DNA of 64,000 bases from Podarcis melisellensis (taxonomy: Eukaryota). Made by a program: the position numbers and the translations under genes. Below the pieces are notes generated by a model. It was not told where the DNA came from. It saw nothing but the letters and a program-made list of their open reading frames with translations, and made no database searches. The stretch lies in NCBI GenBank assembly GCA_964234715.1, contig OZ174282.1; one strand, 5' to 3'. Positions 36,501 through 51,500 of this stretch are shown here, piece after piece (the stretch's first letter is position 1; each line of letters opens with the position of its first letter).

Positions 36501-39500
36501 AATCTTCCCCATCACCTGCCACCCTCCAGCTGTTTTGGACTACAACTCCCATCAGCTACAGCTAGCATGACTAGGTGATTTGGGTCTAATGGGAGTTGTA
36601 GTCCAAAGCAGCTGGAGGGCACTCTCACTACGTACAGCGCTACTGCCTGTGGGGTTTCAAAAGAACCTGAACCAGCTGGGGACACATCGTTTGTTTTCTA
36701 AAGAAAGGAGGGTGTGGGGAGAGGAAGCTGAGAGTATAGAAGAAATCAAGAGTCTCTTTTCATGACACACATGGCGAGAAGACCAGGCTGGGGGACAAAT
36801 GGCAGCTGTGTTGTTGCTGTGCCAGCTCTGTCGAGAAACTCACCGCAGCTGGGAGTGAAGTTTAGTTGCCTTGGAGTTGAAATCTTCCCAGATGGGGTAG
36901 GAACTCTGGAACAGAGAAGGGGGGGGGGAAGAGTTGAGCAAACAGGTGACTGCTCTGCGTTCACTGCCTGAGCACCCCAAGCCCCACAAACAAGACACAA
37001 CAAACAGCCAATCTTGAATCCAGAGGGTTCCTGTGAAAAGACCAACCGTCATCTCCTTGTACATTTTCAGCATCATTCGTAAATGTGAGCAGTCATCTCT
37101 GGCTGAGAATTGTTGCCTCTCTTTGAGAAGAAAACTGTTAAAGGCGGCCATTTTTAAATGACTGATTGTTGAAGCTGAACTTAAAAGAGGCTTCAGCTGC
37201 TTAGCAAACCCTGGTGGGAACCTGTTTACTTTAACCATAGTTACCATCTGGTGCTGATGTTTACATTATTAAGGGGTGTTGTGCCTGGGAGGGGAAGTGG
37301 GCAACCCCTCCCCTGGCTCAGCCCAGCCCTAAAATCTTGGCGAGGGTGAAAATATCACCTCCACTGCATCTGCTGTCCCAGCAGTCTCTTGTCCCCTATG
37401 TTGGAGAGGCAGAGATGCCGCCAGGCGGCTGCCAGGTCCAATGACCAACAGCAGAGACCCAGCTGTTTCTGCCGGGTCATGAATGAGGAAAAAATATTTC
37501 GCTGTTGCAAGGAAGAAATGCAGCTGTCCACATTCTCCTGCCCCAGTTTGGAAACTGACAGGCCTGCGAGAGGCCTAAAGGCAACTCAGCAACAAACTTA
37601 GCTCTTAACAAGGACTGCCTATAATTTCTTCTTCTGCAAATCCTATCAAGGGAGGCGGCAGGGAGAAAGGGAAAGATGCCAAAACGGACTCGCCTCTTCC
37701 CCCCCCCCTTGCACTTTGTGGCAACTTTGTGCTTATGCAGTGCTGCACTGCCACATCGAAACCCGGGCTTAACATATAATTTTCTTTAAAGATTCTAGGC
37801 CAAACATGTGTCCTCAGATGTAGAAGCAGGACCAGCAGAAGTGCCAATCAGAAACAGTATGGAGAGCAGCGCATTTCATGTCCATAGCTTTGCATACTGC
37901 TCATGGAGGGTGCTGTGCCTTCCCAGGTCTTTGGGGAGCAACAGCTTGGACTGAATTGCCCAAAGGCGGCTGGAGGTGCCATTTTCTGCCTTTATTTGGA
38001 GAACTGGTTGTTTCCACAGAGAGTTTATGCCCACTATAGTTACCACAATACCACATGACCAAAAAAAGGCCCAGTCTGCCCACAGGGCCTTTATTAGCAT
38101 TTTAGTCTAAAGAATCCAAAAGGTACTTTATTACTGGTTAATGTCTGCTGAGACAGAAAAGGTGGCAACCCTAATAATTTACCCCAAATTTATTGACCCT
38201 TATTGTTATGAATCAATATAAATTGATCTTCTGCATGGGCTTTCTGTGTGGTACAAACTGTGTCTGTGAAATTGAGTGTGTTCTATGCAGGAAGAAAGAA
38301 TAAATGAAATAACCAAACCTATGCTAATTGATTGAAAAAGCAGATGAGAGGAAAAAATGACCCCTCCTTTTTTTACTGTGAAGAATGGGTTTTTTATTGT
38401 TCATGCTGAAGTTTGTCTTTAAAATATAAATAACAGTACCAGAACTCCCTCTCCACTCTTAGACAGATTTTGAAATCTTTATTTTTCCACAGCTAGTAGC
38501 ACTAGTAGTATTAACACTATTAATAATCAGATTTGCTATTTGCTTGCTACCTGAAGGTCTCCAAGTAACTTACAACATTGTTAAAAGAACAAATAAATAT
38601 ACAATAGCATGGAACTAAAACAAAAAGTAACCCCCTTAAGAGCCGCAGGAAACTTTGGCAGCACACTAACGACAAAAGCGTCATCTTTCATCTGTCAAAA
38701 GGCTGGGGGGAAACATAGGCTTTCTCCTGGTATCAGTCAATGAAGGCATTAGGCGGGCCTTGCTGAGGAGCACATTCCATAGATGGGAGCCACAACTGAA
38801 AAGCCCTCTTCCCTTGTCACAACCCTCAGAACCAGAATCTGCAGAAGGGCCTCAACAAAGCTCTAAAGGCCCTGGTAGGTTCATATTGGAGACCCTGAGC
38901 TCTAAAGGGTCAAAACCAGCACTTTGAATTGGGCTTGGAAGCATACAGGCAACCAGTGTTGTTGGAACAGAACTGGTGTTATATGATCTGTTTGTCTTGA
39001 AGCTGTCAACAGCTGGGCAGCCACACTCTGCACTAATTGAGGCTTCCAAAGTTTTTAAAAGGCAGTCCCATATAAATTGCTCTGCAGTAATCCAACCTCG
39101 ACGTTACCAGAGAAAAGATTGTTGTAGCCAAGTTATCCTTGTGCAGGTAGGGTCATAATTGAACTGACAGCAATGAGTCTTGGAGGAACGCCCAAACTAT
39201 GAACCCACTGTTTCGGAAGGAGTGTAATCCCCACCTAGAACAGGCCAAACGCCACTCAGCAGGTCAGAGGAACCACCTACCAACATTTCAGTCTTGTCTG
39301 GATTAAGCTTTAGTTTTACTGGCTCTCATCCAGTCCATTATTGCAACCAAGCACTGATTCAGAACACTGCCTGCCTCAAAGGAGGGCTAGAACTGTGTCA
39401 TCAGCATACTGATAACAACACACTCCAGAAATCAGTATGAACCCACTCAGCTGTTTCATCTAGATCAGGGGTCAGCAACCGCATGTGGCTCTTTTACACC

Positions 39501-42500
39501 TTTGCCGCGGCTCTGGGGCAGATACTAGCGAGGGGAGGAGGCACATTGTGTGCCCCGACACTCCCCACTGTTTTAAATGTCGCAATGGTTTTGCGGCTCC
39601 CAGTTTTTTTTTCTGGTCCAAGCGGCTCTTTTTGTCTTAAAGGTTGCAGACCCCTGATCTAGATATTAAAGAGCATGGGAAACAGAACCAACTCTGTGAT
39701 TCATGCAGGACCCCATACTAGATAAAACACAAGAGTTGAGCAATGCTCCCCAAGAACCACCTTCTGGAGCCATCCATCCACGGAGGAGTGGAACCTCCAC
39801 AATGCAGTGCCCCCAATACCCAACTCAGATAGTCGCCTCAGAAGGATACCATGGCTGCTCATATTGAAAGTCACCAAGCGATCAATGAGGATCAACATAG
39901 TCACAATCCCCCTGCCTTGTTCCCAGCACAGGTCATTATACAGGGTAACTAAGGCAGTTTCGGTACTAAAACCAGGCTTCAGTCCAAATTGAAATGGATC
40001 CAGAAAACCTGTCTCTTCCAAGAGCACCTGAATCTGTTTGGCAACCACCCTCTCAAGAACCTTGCCTAAAATGGGGACATTTGATACTTGTCAAAAATTA
40101 TTCAGATCTTCCAGGTCTAGGGAAGGCTTATTCAGGAATGGTCTTATGATGACTACTACTGATAATAATGGTCTTATTTAATGCTTGATCTCTCCTCTCC
40201 TCTTTCTAACATAGAAATAAACCAAATAAAGAATGATAATACAGTACCCTCTGCCCAACTTAAAAAGGTAAAGGTAAAGGTACCCCTGCCCGTACGGGCC
40301 AGTCTTGCCAGACTCTGGGGTTGTGCGCCCATCTCACTCAAGAGGCCAGGGGCCAGCGCTGTCCGAAGACACTTCCGGGTCACGTGGCCAGCGTGACAAC
40401 GCTGCTCTGGCGAGCCAGAGCTGCACACAGAAACGCCGTTTACCTTCCCGCTAGAAAGCGGTCCCTATTTATCTACTTGCACCCGGGGGTGCTTTCGAAC
40501 TGCTAGGTTGGCAGGCGCTGGGACCGAACAACGGGAGCGCACCCCGCCGCGGGGATTCGAACCGCCGACCTTTCGATCGGCAAGCCCTAGGCGCTGAGGC
40601 TTTAACCCACAGCGCCATACGTTTCCTCTCTGAACTGCAAGGAATACCCACCTTTGAAGGGGTTGGCATGAACCACCCCTGTTGGCACTAAACAGCAAGT
40701 AAATGGCTCTCTCAATTTGAGACACTGTTCTTTTTCTGGAGCACCCTTTAATATACGCAAAGCAGGCAAGTGCCACATTCTCTGTCTCTAGGAACTCCAG
40801 GAAAGGCTCCAGGTTTCTCCCGGTCCTGCAGTTGTGGAAAACACGGTAGCCTCCTCCACCACTTTCTCAAAACAGAGCTGGAGAGGGGAAGCCCACCCCT
40901 TTCAGATATGGCAGAACACCTCCCACTGCAGTGCTCTTACCCATGACAGGATTGCAAACAGCAACATCTCTAGCCAGGCAGTTCTTCAAGGAACCCAGGA
41001 GTCCTGCCGGTTCTGATCTAGGGGCTACTTTGAAGAAATTCAGCTCTCTCAGACACAGGGCACCCAAAGTGGTACCAAAATGTTTTTTTGTGAGGGAGAA
41101 GGAGGTCAAAGCACGCGCCCTGGTGACACCTTTTGTCTCACATCTATCATGCAAGCCCCTCTCCAAGCCACTGCCGGGAACACATCAATCTGACATCAAG
41201 TATCTGCATGACATCCAGCTGAGCCTCTTCCCCTTCTGCTGTAAACTGCAGGAACCCTTTGCACTAAAATCTGACTTCCTTGCAAGTAATTCTGAAAATC
41301 CTGAAAACTATTGCGGGAACTGGACCACATGTCAAACTGGGCTGGGGGCATGCGGGAAGAGAAAACAGCTTTGGAATGCCTCATTGGCAAAACATCTACT
41401 TCTTGAGATGGAAGGTAGGTGGACATCTTGAAAGCAAGTTTTCCAGACAGAAAGAAATGTTTGACCGGGGCATCAAAACTTCTGGGGGTATCACTGAAGG
41501 TGGCAGCACCAAGGGGTGGGGGCCTGCAAGTGATGCTAGAGCTCCTCCCCCAGATTGCTGAGTGGGGCAGATGAAGATGCTAAATACAGAGTGAGACTAT
41601 TCACTCCTCTAGTACAGTGCCAGCAGCTCTGACTGGTAGGATCTCTCCAGCATCTCTCCTTAGACAAGAATTCTTTCTGGCCATACTTGTAGGGCTAGCA
41701 GGGGGGACGTAAAGGGGGCCTCCTGCATGCACAGCATGTGTTCTGCTCCTGAACTTATGAAGAGCCTGCTGGATGAGCTACACAAGTCAGGTACAGCAAC
41801 ATGCTTTGTGGAAACATTCCTGCCTCCAACTTGGGAGGGCTGTTTGCTGCCTCCTGCTCCTCTTATAGCCCAGGAAGAGCTCTCTTGCCTTGCTAGAGAG
41901 AGCTTGCCTGAACTCTTCCCCGGGTGCTGTGCTCTCCTGATCCCTGGCTGCCAGATGGGGCTGCCTGCTACCACTGCCATGGCTCTGGTTTTGATTTAAC
42001 TGTACTCTGCTCTCCCACATCCAGCTGCCAATAGAAGCCAAGCCGCACATAAACACAGAGATAAAAAAAACAGCAAGAGCTGGAGTTCTCCATCTACTCC
42101 AGATCTCTATGCACAATCTTGCCCAGCAGCACCGGTCAGATTAAACATGAAGGAAGAGACTATGGAGACTTGCAGAACCAAGAGGAGAGGGGATGTCCCA
42201 AGGAGCTGGACATCTGGACTGCAAGGACCAGTGTTCGAAACTCCCATTGTTCTAGGCGCATTTTGCGACAGGGAATTTCATTAGCACAAGCAGTTTCTGA
42301 GCTCTGGGCGCAGTACTGCGCCTAAGATTTCAGATTAAAACTGGAGAGTCGAAGGAAAGGAGGACCTTTTTCTGCCTCCCCACTTCCAGCTACTCTCTGA
42401 AGACTGGAGAAGAGACCCTCTTAAGAATATTGGGGGGTGGGCAAGGGAGTAGACCATGTGAAAAATGAACACTTTTAGCTGCAGTTCATTCATTTTCAAC

Positions 42501-45500
42501 TTTGAATTCTTTTTTAAAAGAATATTTTTATTGGTTTTTAACATACAGAATTATAAAGCATACCACACAATTTATCACAAATACATCCTTATTGGACTTC
42601 CATCAGCACCTCTGATAATCCTCCGTCTTAATCACTTCTTACGCATTTCCTAACTTAATATTGCCTTTACATTTTTAATATATCACATCTCCTTCTCCAT
42701 TTTTGCTGTATTTCTAATATTATTCCTCACAGAACTTCTTGCAAACCTACAAACGTCGTCTGGTGATCACAAATACTTTTCAAATATAAATTCAACTTTG
42801 AATTCTTGTTATAAAAAAGCGCACCAAGACATTCCGTTGTTGCACCCATAACCTAGATTTAAGGTGCCATTTAGCTCCTAGCTTTTATATCTCAGTTTCT
42901 AATACTGGTCAGAAGGAGGCAATTCCTACGAATGTATTCCAGGTGGCGAGATGTGGTATTTGCTAAGCCTCTCTTATGGAAATGATGAAAGTAACATTCC
43001 GCATATGACATCATGCAAAACCACCTCAGGATAACTTGGCTACAGTGCACCTCAATACTGCCACAGATACACTTGATGAGCAAAATCCAATAATCAACAA
43101 GGAGAGAATGCAATCAAGACTCTTTCCCAGGATGAACAACAACAACATTCCCTGGCCAGACTGCCCAATGCAGAAGGCATTTGTAAGTGTAGAGAAAGCG
43201 TGCACCCATTTTCTGCTGGATTCTAGAATGTCACAAATGGAGAGGACGAAGTATCTAGACCACCAGGCTTGAAACTCAACTTGGCTTCAAAGAAATTGCA
43301 GCACAACCCTCCTTCGTCCAAAATGCTCAGGTAGACATGCTCTATCAAAAATCAAAACCATAATCTGGGGAACTCTCTCCCTGCCCCCTTTTAAAATTGT
43401 GTTCACATCCATTTTGTGCTGTAAAATAATTTTATGACATATACGACAAACTAGTCAGAAAGTCTGCCTTGGAGACTTCCCTGTGATCTTTGCCCATGCG
43501 TGATGCAGAGGGAATCTCACCCTGCTTCTCAAAATCATCAATTCACCATGCCTTTGCCAACCTGGCGCCCTCCATCTGCCCTGTACTACAACTCCCACCT
43601 GCCTTTGCCAGAGCACCTTTGGTACTCCAAAACATCTGAAGGGCACCAGGTTGGCAAAGGATAGGTTAGGTAGCTAGTATCCCCCCACTTGCTGTGTTTA
43701 TTGTGAGTCCCTCCAGTTATTCTCTCAAAATGGTTGATCTGAAAAGTGACAGTTCACTTGTTCAGGAAATAGGATGGTGGCAACAACTTACATGGCTTCT
43801 TTGCCTACTTGAGAATTGGTCTTTGTCCCTGCCAGCTGGCTCTAGCCACTTGGCATGTGTTGAAGTCATCATGGGTAAGGTGCCCCACAAGGCCCATTAA
43901 TAACACCTACCCAGGGCCCACTGCTTTGAGCAGCACTGGGGGGTGCGGTGGGGGAGGTTGGGTCGAGTTACTATTTTAATTTTCCCCAATGCCCCCAGTA
44001 TAGAATTACCCCAGGGCATTGTGGGAATCAGGCCCAGTTCCCGGCACTGCTTGCAGCAAGGACTGCAGCAAGTAAGTAACACTCCCAGGGCTCCTGGAGA
44101 GAGGACAAGGCCTACCAATCAGATGGAGCTGGCGCTGGCCACACAGGCTGTTGGGTAGAGCCCCATAATCTATGTGCCGCCTAATCTTCTGCAGTTCTAA
44201 ATAAATTAGCATTGTTGTATTATATTGCCAAGGCTCTCTAGTGAAGTACCATTTAAATGAAAAAGCACAGCCAGAAAAGCATTAGTACTAAATAAAATAC
44301 AAAAAGGTGTTAAAAATGGTGCCCATCACAAAAGTTATAGTGAACATGTGCTGAGATTCAAGTGGCTTCTCAGGTGAATTAAACTTCCCCAGCCACAACA
44401 GCCCACTGGGGTGCATGGAACATAGTTGAATGACCACACAGAAGAAATGCAGCAGTTATAAGGAGTCAATTCATGGCAATTCTGCTTGCAGCTTACAGCT
44501 GAAGTATAATGACTATGAACACTAGAAGCCCCCAGACTCCATCAGAAGACAGCCCAAGGCAATGCACAACATTTTGCCGAAAACCATCAACCTATTGCCG
44601 AAAAAGGTGTCACGAAAACCATAAGCAGTACTGTCCTTTGACAATTTTGGAATGCAACTGATGACTGGAGTCTGGCATCCTATGGCAACAGCAGAGCCAA
44701 TGGAGACCCAAGCAGGTCAGCCAATGAATGTGGAAGAGAGGAGAAGAGAAGCAGGGCAGGTGTCAAGTGTATGTTAACTCTCAGGGTTGGATTGATAGCA
44801 AGGCATGTTGCCTAGCAGCCAGAGGAGAAGGAAGACACTCAGTGCAGCCATGTGGGTTTTCTAAAAAAATTTAAAGTGGAAAAATTTCAGATGCAAATTA
44901 AGGTAATTTGCATTGAAAAAAATTCAGTTTGCAACGGAAAATTATTTTCTACCCAGGAGTGATCTCATTTCGGATGTTTACTGTATTACTCAGCAGATAT
45001 TCTCCCAGCTGCTTGCAGTGCGGTTTGCAGGGCATCATCTCTCCCTCCCTGGCAAAACTGACTCGCAGTGGAAACCCCTGGAGTGCCTGTGGTTATACAA
45101 AGCCCTAGTCACCGGGCTGGGTCAGTGGCCTGCGTGGCGTCCAGAGGAACCTGGGCCTTCAGAGGCACAGTTGTCCTAGCCACAGAGGCCTCTGTCTCTC
45201 TGCCAGGGAAAAGCTCAAGCAGTCAACTGCAGCGCCTTTCATTTCTCACCCAGCTCATCTTCCTCCGCCTGCCCTGTGCCAGACGGACGGGTTGCCATGT
45301 CTGCAGCTGAGCCTCTCGGGGAAATCTTTTTTTGTAAAAAAAAAAAAATTGTGTGTTGCCTACCCAAGGGAGAGAAAATGAAGATGTCGGCTCAGTGTGC
45401 AGCAGCTGTGAAAGAGGCAAATTCCATGCTAGGGATCATTAGGAAAGGAATTTAAAATAAAACTGCCGATACCATAATGCTGTTATACAAATCTATGCTG

Positions 45501-48500
45501 CAATTGCTCTTAGAATATTGTGTACAGTCCAGGTCCCCTCACCCCAAAAAGGATATTGTAGACCTGGAAAAGTTTTAGAAAAAGGCAGCCAAAAGGATCA
45601 AGGTGAAGAAAGGCTGCAGCATTTGAGGCTTTTTAGTTTAGAGAAAAAGGATATACGAAGCAACAAGACAGAAGTTTATAATAGCTATGCTGTACCTTCA
45701 CTATCAGAGGCAGTATACCAGTTGCTGGAGGTGAGAGTGCTGATGAGCTCAGGTCCAGCTTGAAGGCTCCCCATAAGGTCATTTGACTGGCCACTACTGG
45801 ATGCTGAACTAAATGGGCCGTTGGCAAGTGGCACAGTCACAGCATGTGCCAAGTGGTACAGTAACAGCATGCCAAATGATGGCAATAGCATGAAGCCACA
45901 GCGTGCAACGGGAAGCTTCTCTCTTTTGCAGTATTTATTATTGCACTTCCTCATTCAACACTACTATTCCTGTCAGGCCCAATGCCTAAAGTGATCCTGG
46001 CACTCAGGCCCAGCAAGCCCAAAGGCTGACACTTAATCTTTGAATGACAAGACATTCTCAGGAAGGCTCAGTGTCATGCCACCAGGCAGTTCCTGGATTG
46101 AAATGGACCTGAACCATCTTGTTTGGCCCCGTGGAACCTCCAGCTGCAGGAGCAGTGTGCACTCCTCAACTCCAGTGGTTATAGGGCCTCCCCCTTGTGG
46201 GCTTCTCAGAGGCACCTCTGACTGAGCACTGCAGGGAGCAGAGGGGCCTGTGGGTGGTGTGACAAGGTAAGGTGCTTAACAACAGCGGGGCCCTTGTTCT
46301 GTTTAACTCAAATGCCCCTTTCCTCTATGCTGCAGGGTCAAGCTCTGAAAATGCTAGGTTTCTGCAAGTCTGCAACAAAAGGGCTGCTTGTTGATGGCAT
46401 CAACTGTGATGCTAAGAAACTGCTTCCCTTCCCAGCTCCCGAAGAGTATTTTAAAAAAGCAATAGAGGAATGTTTCAGATATATATATATATAAAATCAG
46501 GTAGCCCAATGTAGCCATCGAGGCAGGGCAAGTCCAATGGCAACCCAGCCAGATGGGCAGGGTATAAATAATAAAATTATTATGAATATTATGTGTGACA
46601 ATTCCTCCCTCACGCCCATTTTCCCCTCCCCTTCTTCGGTTGCTTCCTGTGTGCTATATTCTACACCACAAGCTCCAGAGCCAAGGCATCCTCTCACTCT
46701 TCATAAAGCACCATTTTCATGAATGGCCCTAGATCAGTAATAAAGGGGTAGTTGTCATTCAAGCTGAGAAGTCAGGAGGGGAGTATGATTTCCATTTGTC
46801 ATTGAGGGGCCCACCAAGAGTTATTTTCTGTATTATATCCACCTTCACCCCGTATTCCACCTTCTCTCCGACACTTTAGGCAGGAGAACTACAGGATGAG
46901 GCCCAAGCATCTCCTTTCAGGGGTTGCCACCACCTGGTCCTCACAGCCAAACAATCCGCTGCTCCTCTGAAGCCAGACAAAACTCTGCAGCTGCTCATCT
47001 TCTGCTCAAAGCGCGGAGCCAACTGTCACTTTGCTGCTTCTGGCACACCTGTCACGGATGGTCCCCACTGCAGGCAGGCAGCCACTGCAGACCCTGGAGC
47101 TATTTTCAGAATGCTTTGGAGAGATGGTTTTGGAAGTGTTACCAGTCTCCACACCACATATACTCCCTCTCTCACACACGCTATTTTAATCCTTAAGTTG
47201 TACTTTTGCAGGGTAGCCTAAATATCAATCATCATTGCAGACAACAGATTCAGAGATGGATGTTTACAGAGGAAGGGTTAATATTAAGATGGCAGTGAGC
47301 AGGGCAGAAGAAAAAGTTTTGTACAAATGTTGTGCACATGAAGGGGGAGGATTAAGCATTGCCTACCACAGAGAACAAATGAATCAGGAGCGTGTCATCG
47401 GCAATAAAACACCACCCCCATATTATCCACCATATTGCCTATACTTCTGCACCAAGTAGCATGGGATGCCAGTATGAAATTAATGTAAAATTAAGCCGTT
47501 GTGTATATGGTGCCCATTACATGGAATGACCAAGTCCACATCTGCTAATCTGGGAGAGAGACAATGAGTTCCCCACAGCACCTGCTCAGATATGCCATCA
47601 AGGGAGGGAGGGAGGGTTGCCTCCTGTACCTATACTTGGGACTCACTTCCTCACTTGGCCCAGCCAACGTGGTCCAGAGAGAGGCTTGTGGGCCAATATC
47701 ATTATCCTCTTTTAAGTATGGCTCCTCCAGGACAAACATACCTGCTGGCTGGGATAAACTGACTGTAATATACAAGTGATATACAAGAAGACCAAAACAT
47801 GAAAAGAACTTTGATCTGCAGTCATTGTACAAAAGAAAAGGCTAAGAATCCTGCTGAAATGGAGTCCTCCAAGAAGTTCATGACAACAAACAGAATTGAC
47901 CAGAGAGTTGCAGAGAAGAGAGATAATAACAGCCCTATGGTTTCATTATGAGTAACGCTAACAATGTGTGATCCCTATCCCACCTTTTCATATATAAGCT
48001 AAAACCTGAAGTGAAGAATAGAGAAGCCCAACAGCAGGATTCAAAAATAACAAGGGGTTCTAGGGGTTTCCGTAAATCATAAGCTAAACGCAGGCCAACT
48101 CTGATGTGGTGGTGAAAAAGACAAATGCAATTCTAGGCTACATTAGCAGGAAAAAGGCATCTAGAAGATGTTATTGTAACAGCATCACCCATCTCTGCTT
48201 AGGTCGCACTACACCTGGACTGGCATGCCCACTTCTGTGTAACACAGTTTAAGAAGGATATTGGTAGACTGGAAAACGTCCAGAGAGGGCAGGAGGCCAA
48301 GTCCTAAGAGGAGGAGAGGCCTACAGTGCTTTGAATGTGTAGCCTAGGTAAGAGGATTAAGAGATGAGACGATAGCCATCTTCAAAGAACTGAAAGGCTG
48401 TCACAAAGATGATGGACCAAACTTCCTTTGGTCCAATTAGCTCAGAAAGCACTACTCTGGCAGAAGCAGCCCTGCTGAGGGTCTCTGTCAGAGAGAAACA

Positions 48501-51500
48501 TCTTTCTCAGCCTGCTCCTGAGGATTCTTTAACCAAAGTAGCTAGAGATTGAACCTGGAACCTTCTGCATGCAAAGCATCCGTTCTGCCATGAAGAACAT
48601 CGGCAGAGCCCTTCAGCAGCTGGATCAGACCAAAGGGGGCTCATCTAGTCATGCATCCTGTTTGCACAGCAGCCAACTAGATGCCCCAATGGGAAACCCA
48701 CAAGCTGGACCTGAGCATAAGAGGGTCCTTCCCTCCTATGGTTTCCAGCAACTGGGATTCAGAATGGATAGTCAGACCTGCTAGGAAAGACTGATGCAGC
48801 TGTACAGGTCCAGGATGGAGAGGGAACAGTTTTAAAGATGAAATGATAGCTGTCTGCAAATACCTGAAGGGCTGGTGTAGATGACTGGGCAAATTTATTT
48901 TGTGATCTTCCAGGATGCAGGACCAACAAGTTCAAATTACAAGAAGTGAGATTTCTGAGCAAACATTAGGAAAAATGTCCAGTGTACGTGCTGCTTTGAC
49001 AGTGGGACAAATTGCCTCAGAAGATGGCCACCTCTCCTTTGTTAGAGGCACCTCAGCAAGGGCTGGATGGAAGCTGTGACTTCCTGCAGAGGTTTCCTGC
49101 AGGGGGAGTTTCGACCAGATGTCCTTTGAGATCCCTTTCCCACATTTCAAACTCCAATGTTACAGGTCTGACTCCAGTCAGCTCCTCACCTGATCTTGTT
49201 TGAGAGTTGGGCAGCAGCTGGAGCTATGTGTTCTGTGTGACCTTATCCTGCCCCTTCCTTGGCCTGCACACCAAGCAGTGGACCCTGCTCAGTCCACATA
49301 GACAAAAAATAAAAATCACTCATTAACAGAGAAGTGAAACCCTTACTGCTTCTGCCCAAGGGCAGGAGGTCCAACAGTTCTCATAACTACGAGCCCTTGA
49401 AGAATGAACTGAAACACCTTGCAGGTCAAGGGTCTGTGGAGCAGGCACAGCCCCCTGGATCCAATGCTGAGGATCCACTTGAGAGGCTGTGTGGGTTGAT
49501 CCCTGGTGAAGAATCCCTACAACTGTCAGATGAGGCTCCTCACTTGACCTTCCCTGCACAGTCCTCAAGAACACCAACAACCAAAGCTTGGGGTCCAGGC
49601 CAAAAACGACCTAGTATGTGCCTATGGATACAGTCATAGGTCTACTCATGAGTATGCAATCTCTGATACGCCTTCATTTTCACTGCCAGTTTCACTCTGG
49701 TTTCAGAGACCAGAGGGTATAAGGCCTCCCAATTAAGCCCCCCAGTAGCTGTAAATAAAAACGGGCTTCTGTCTCCTAGCTGAACTCCCTATGAGCCAAA
49801 CCATGTTTCCAGATTTAGAATCTAGAGAGGTTGTCTCTGCTTGACTTCAACTTGTTGAAACTATGCTACACCTTGAACCCTGTGTTTTGGTAAAAGGGTT
49901 TGCCCTTGTTGGGATGAGAGCCTAGCCTGGTCCCCAAGGGCACCCACTGGAGCACAGCATAGCCCAGGCTACAGACTAGAGCTACAAACAGCTGCACACA
50001 GGGTGTTCCTGGTGGACCCTTCAGGGTTCTCATTTGGGGATGCAATGTGTCTTCAGCTGCCAGCAATATGGATGATGGCTGCTTTGTGAATTCAGCAGGA
50101 AAGAAATGAATGACTCAAACAAGAAAGTAGGAAATGAATGAAGCAAACAGCTGGAAAATCCAGGGCAGGCAAGTTGCCTCTTCTTTCCCCTAAAATGGCG
50201 ATAAATGCTTTCACCAACTTGGTGTCCTCCAGATTATTTAAACCTGAAGGTGATAAATCATGCTGACTGTGGTTGATGGATGGTTGTGGTCTAAAACATA
50301 TGAAAAGCACCAAGCTGGTGAAGGCTGGCATTGACCAGGGCCTCCTGGCTCTCTCCTAGGTCCAGCAGCATTGGCACTATCTGTCCAGGCCCTCCATGGG
50401 GCACCCCTTGTTCTGAGAGTGGGAGGTTTCCTTCTCCCTGCCCCCACAAGGATCTAGGCCTCAAGAACTCAATGCAACCTTTTTTGTCCTCTCCCTGGCT
50501 CTGAAGGGCTCTAGAGCAGAAAATGGCTCCCCCACACACACCTCTTGCCCCTGGGGCAAAGCTGCTGGAAACAGGGCGGCATCAAAGCTGGAGGTTAGCC
50601 CATAGCTGGGCTTCCTGAGAGTTGCAGCTTCAATGTGAGAAAAGTTTGTAAATGGTATATAAGCAGGTGTAGGATGAGGCATCCATTTTTTTAAGTTCCA
50701 CTGAACCACCTAGGGCACCTCTCCCTTTTCATTCCTCAAAAGATGATATGGGAAGGGAATCAACAGACTTGAGGAAGTCTTAAACTCCTCACTTGCATGC
50801 TTCTTTTTGTCTGAAATATCAGAAGCCCCTGCTAACTTTATCCACATGTAAACACAAAGGCCTCCAGCCCCTGCATCTAGTTTTGGCTTTACTAACTTTT
50901 CATTGCTAACCTGGCCTGCACCTGTGTACAATTAACATCTGGAAGGGGAGATGGAAGCCTGCAGTATCCACACACTTAAAGTGCTTTGTGCACTGAGCTT
51001 GAGTGTCGTCAGTGGCAGAAAATGATGCTCAATCCACACCAGGGGAATTTAAAATTATGGAACATGGTGTTCTGTCTGTGCTTCGGAGATGGTCAAAGTT
51101 TATCCCAATATTTAAGAGCACCTAGAAAGGCCCATCCCCCAGGAAAGGCTTGTTCAATAAAAGGAGACCGAGTGCCTGGCTACATTCTCCTTGCATTCCT
51201 GAAGCTCAACCTGCGACCTCATCATCCTCTCATTCATTCAAGGCTTAACCTTTGAGCTGTGCTTTCCCCTACTTCCACTTCATTTGTAAATTCTAAATGA
51301 AATGGCAACAATTATTTTAGCTCTGTTAGATTAATTAACAGCCACATCCTATCCTCCAGTGATGTCGACTGGGCAGTCCAGGACTATCTCTCAGTCACTT
51401 AGTGTAGGCATCACATGAGACAATGACCTTGTGACTCATCCTATGTATGTCCACCATCCACTCTGTGGAGAAAGGGGCACAGCGGAAGAAGTGGAGGCAT

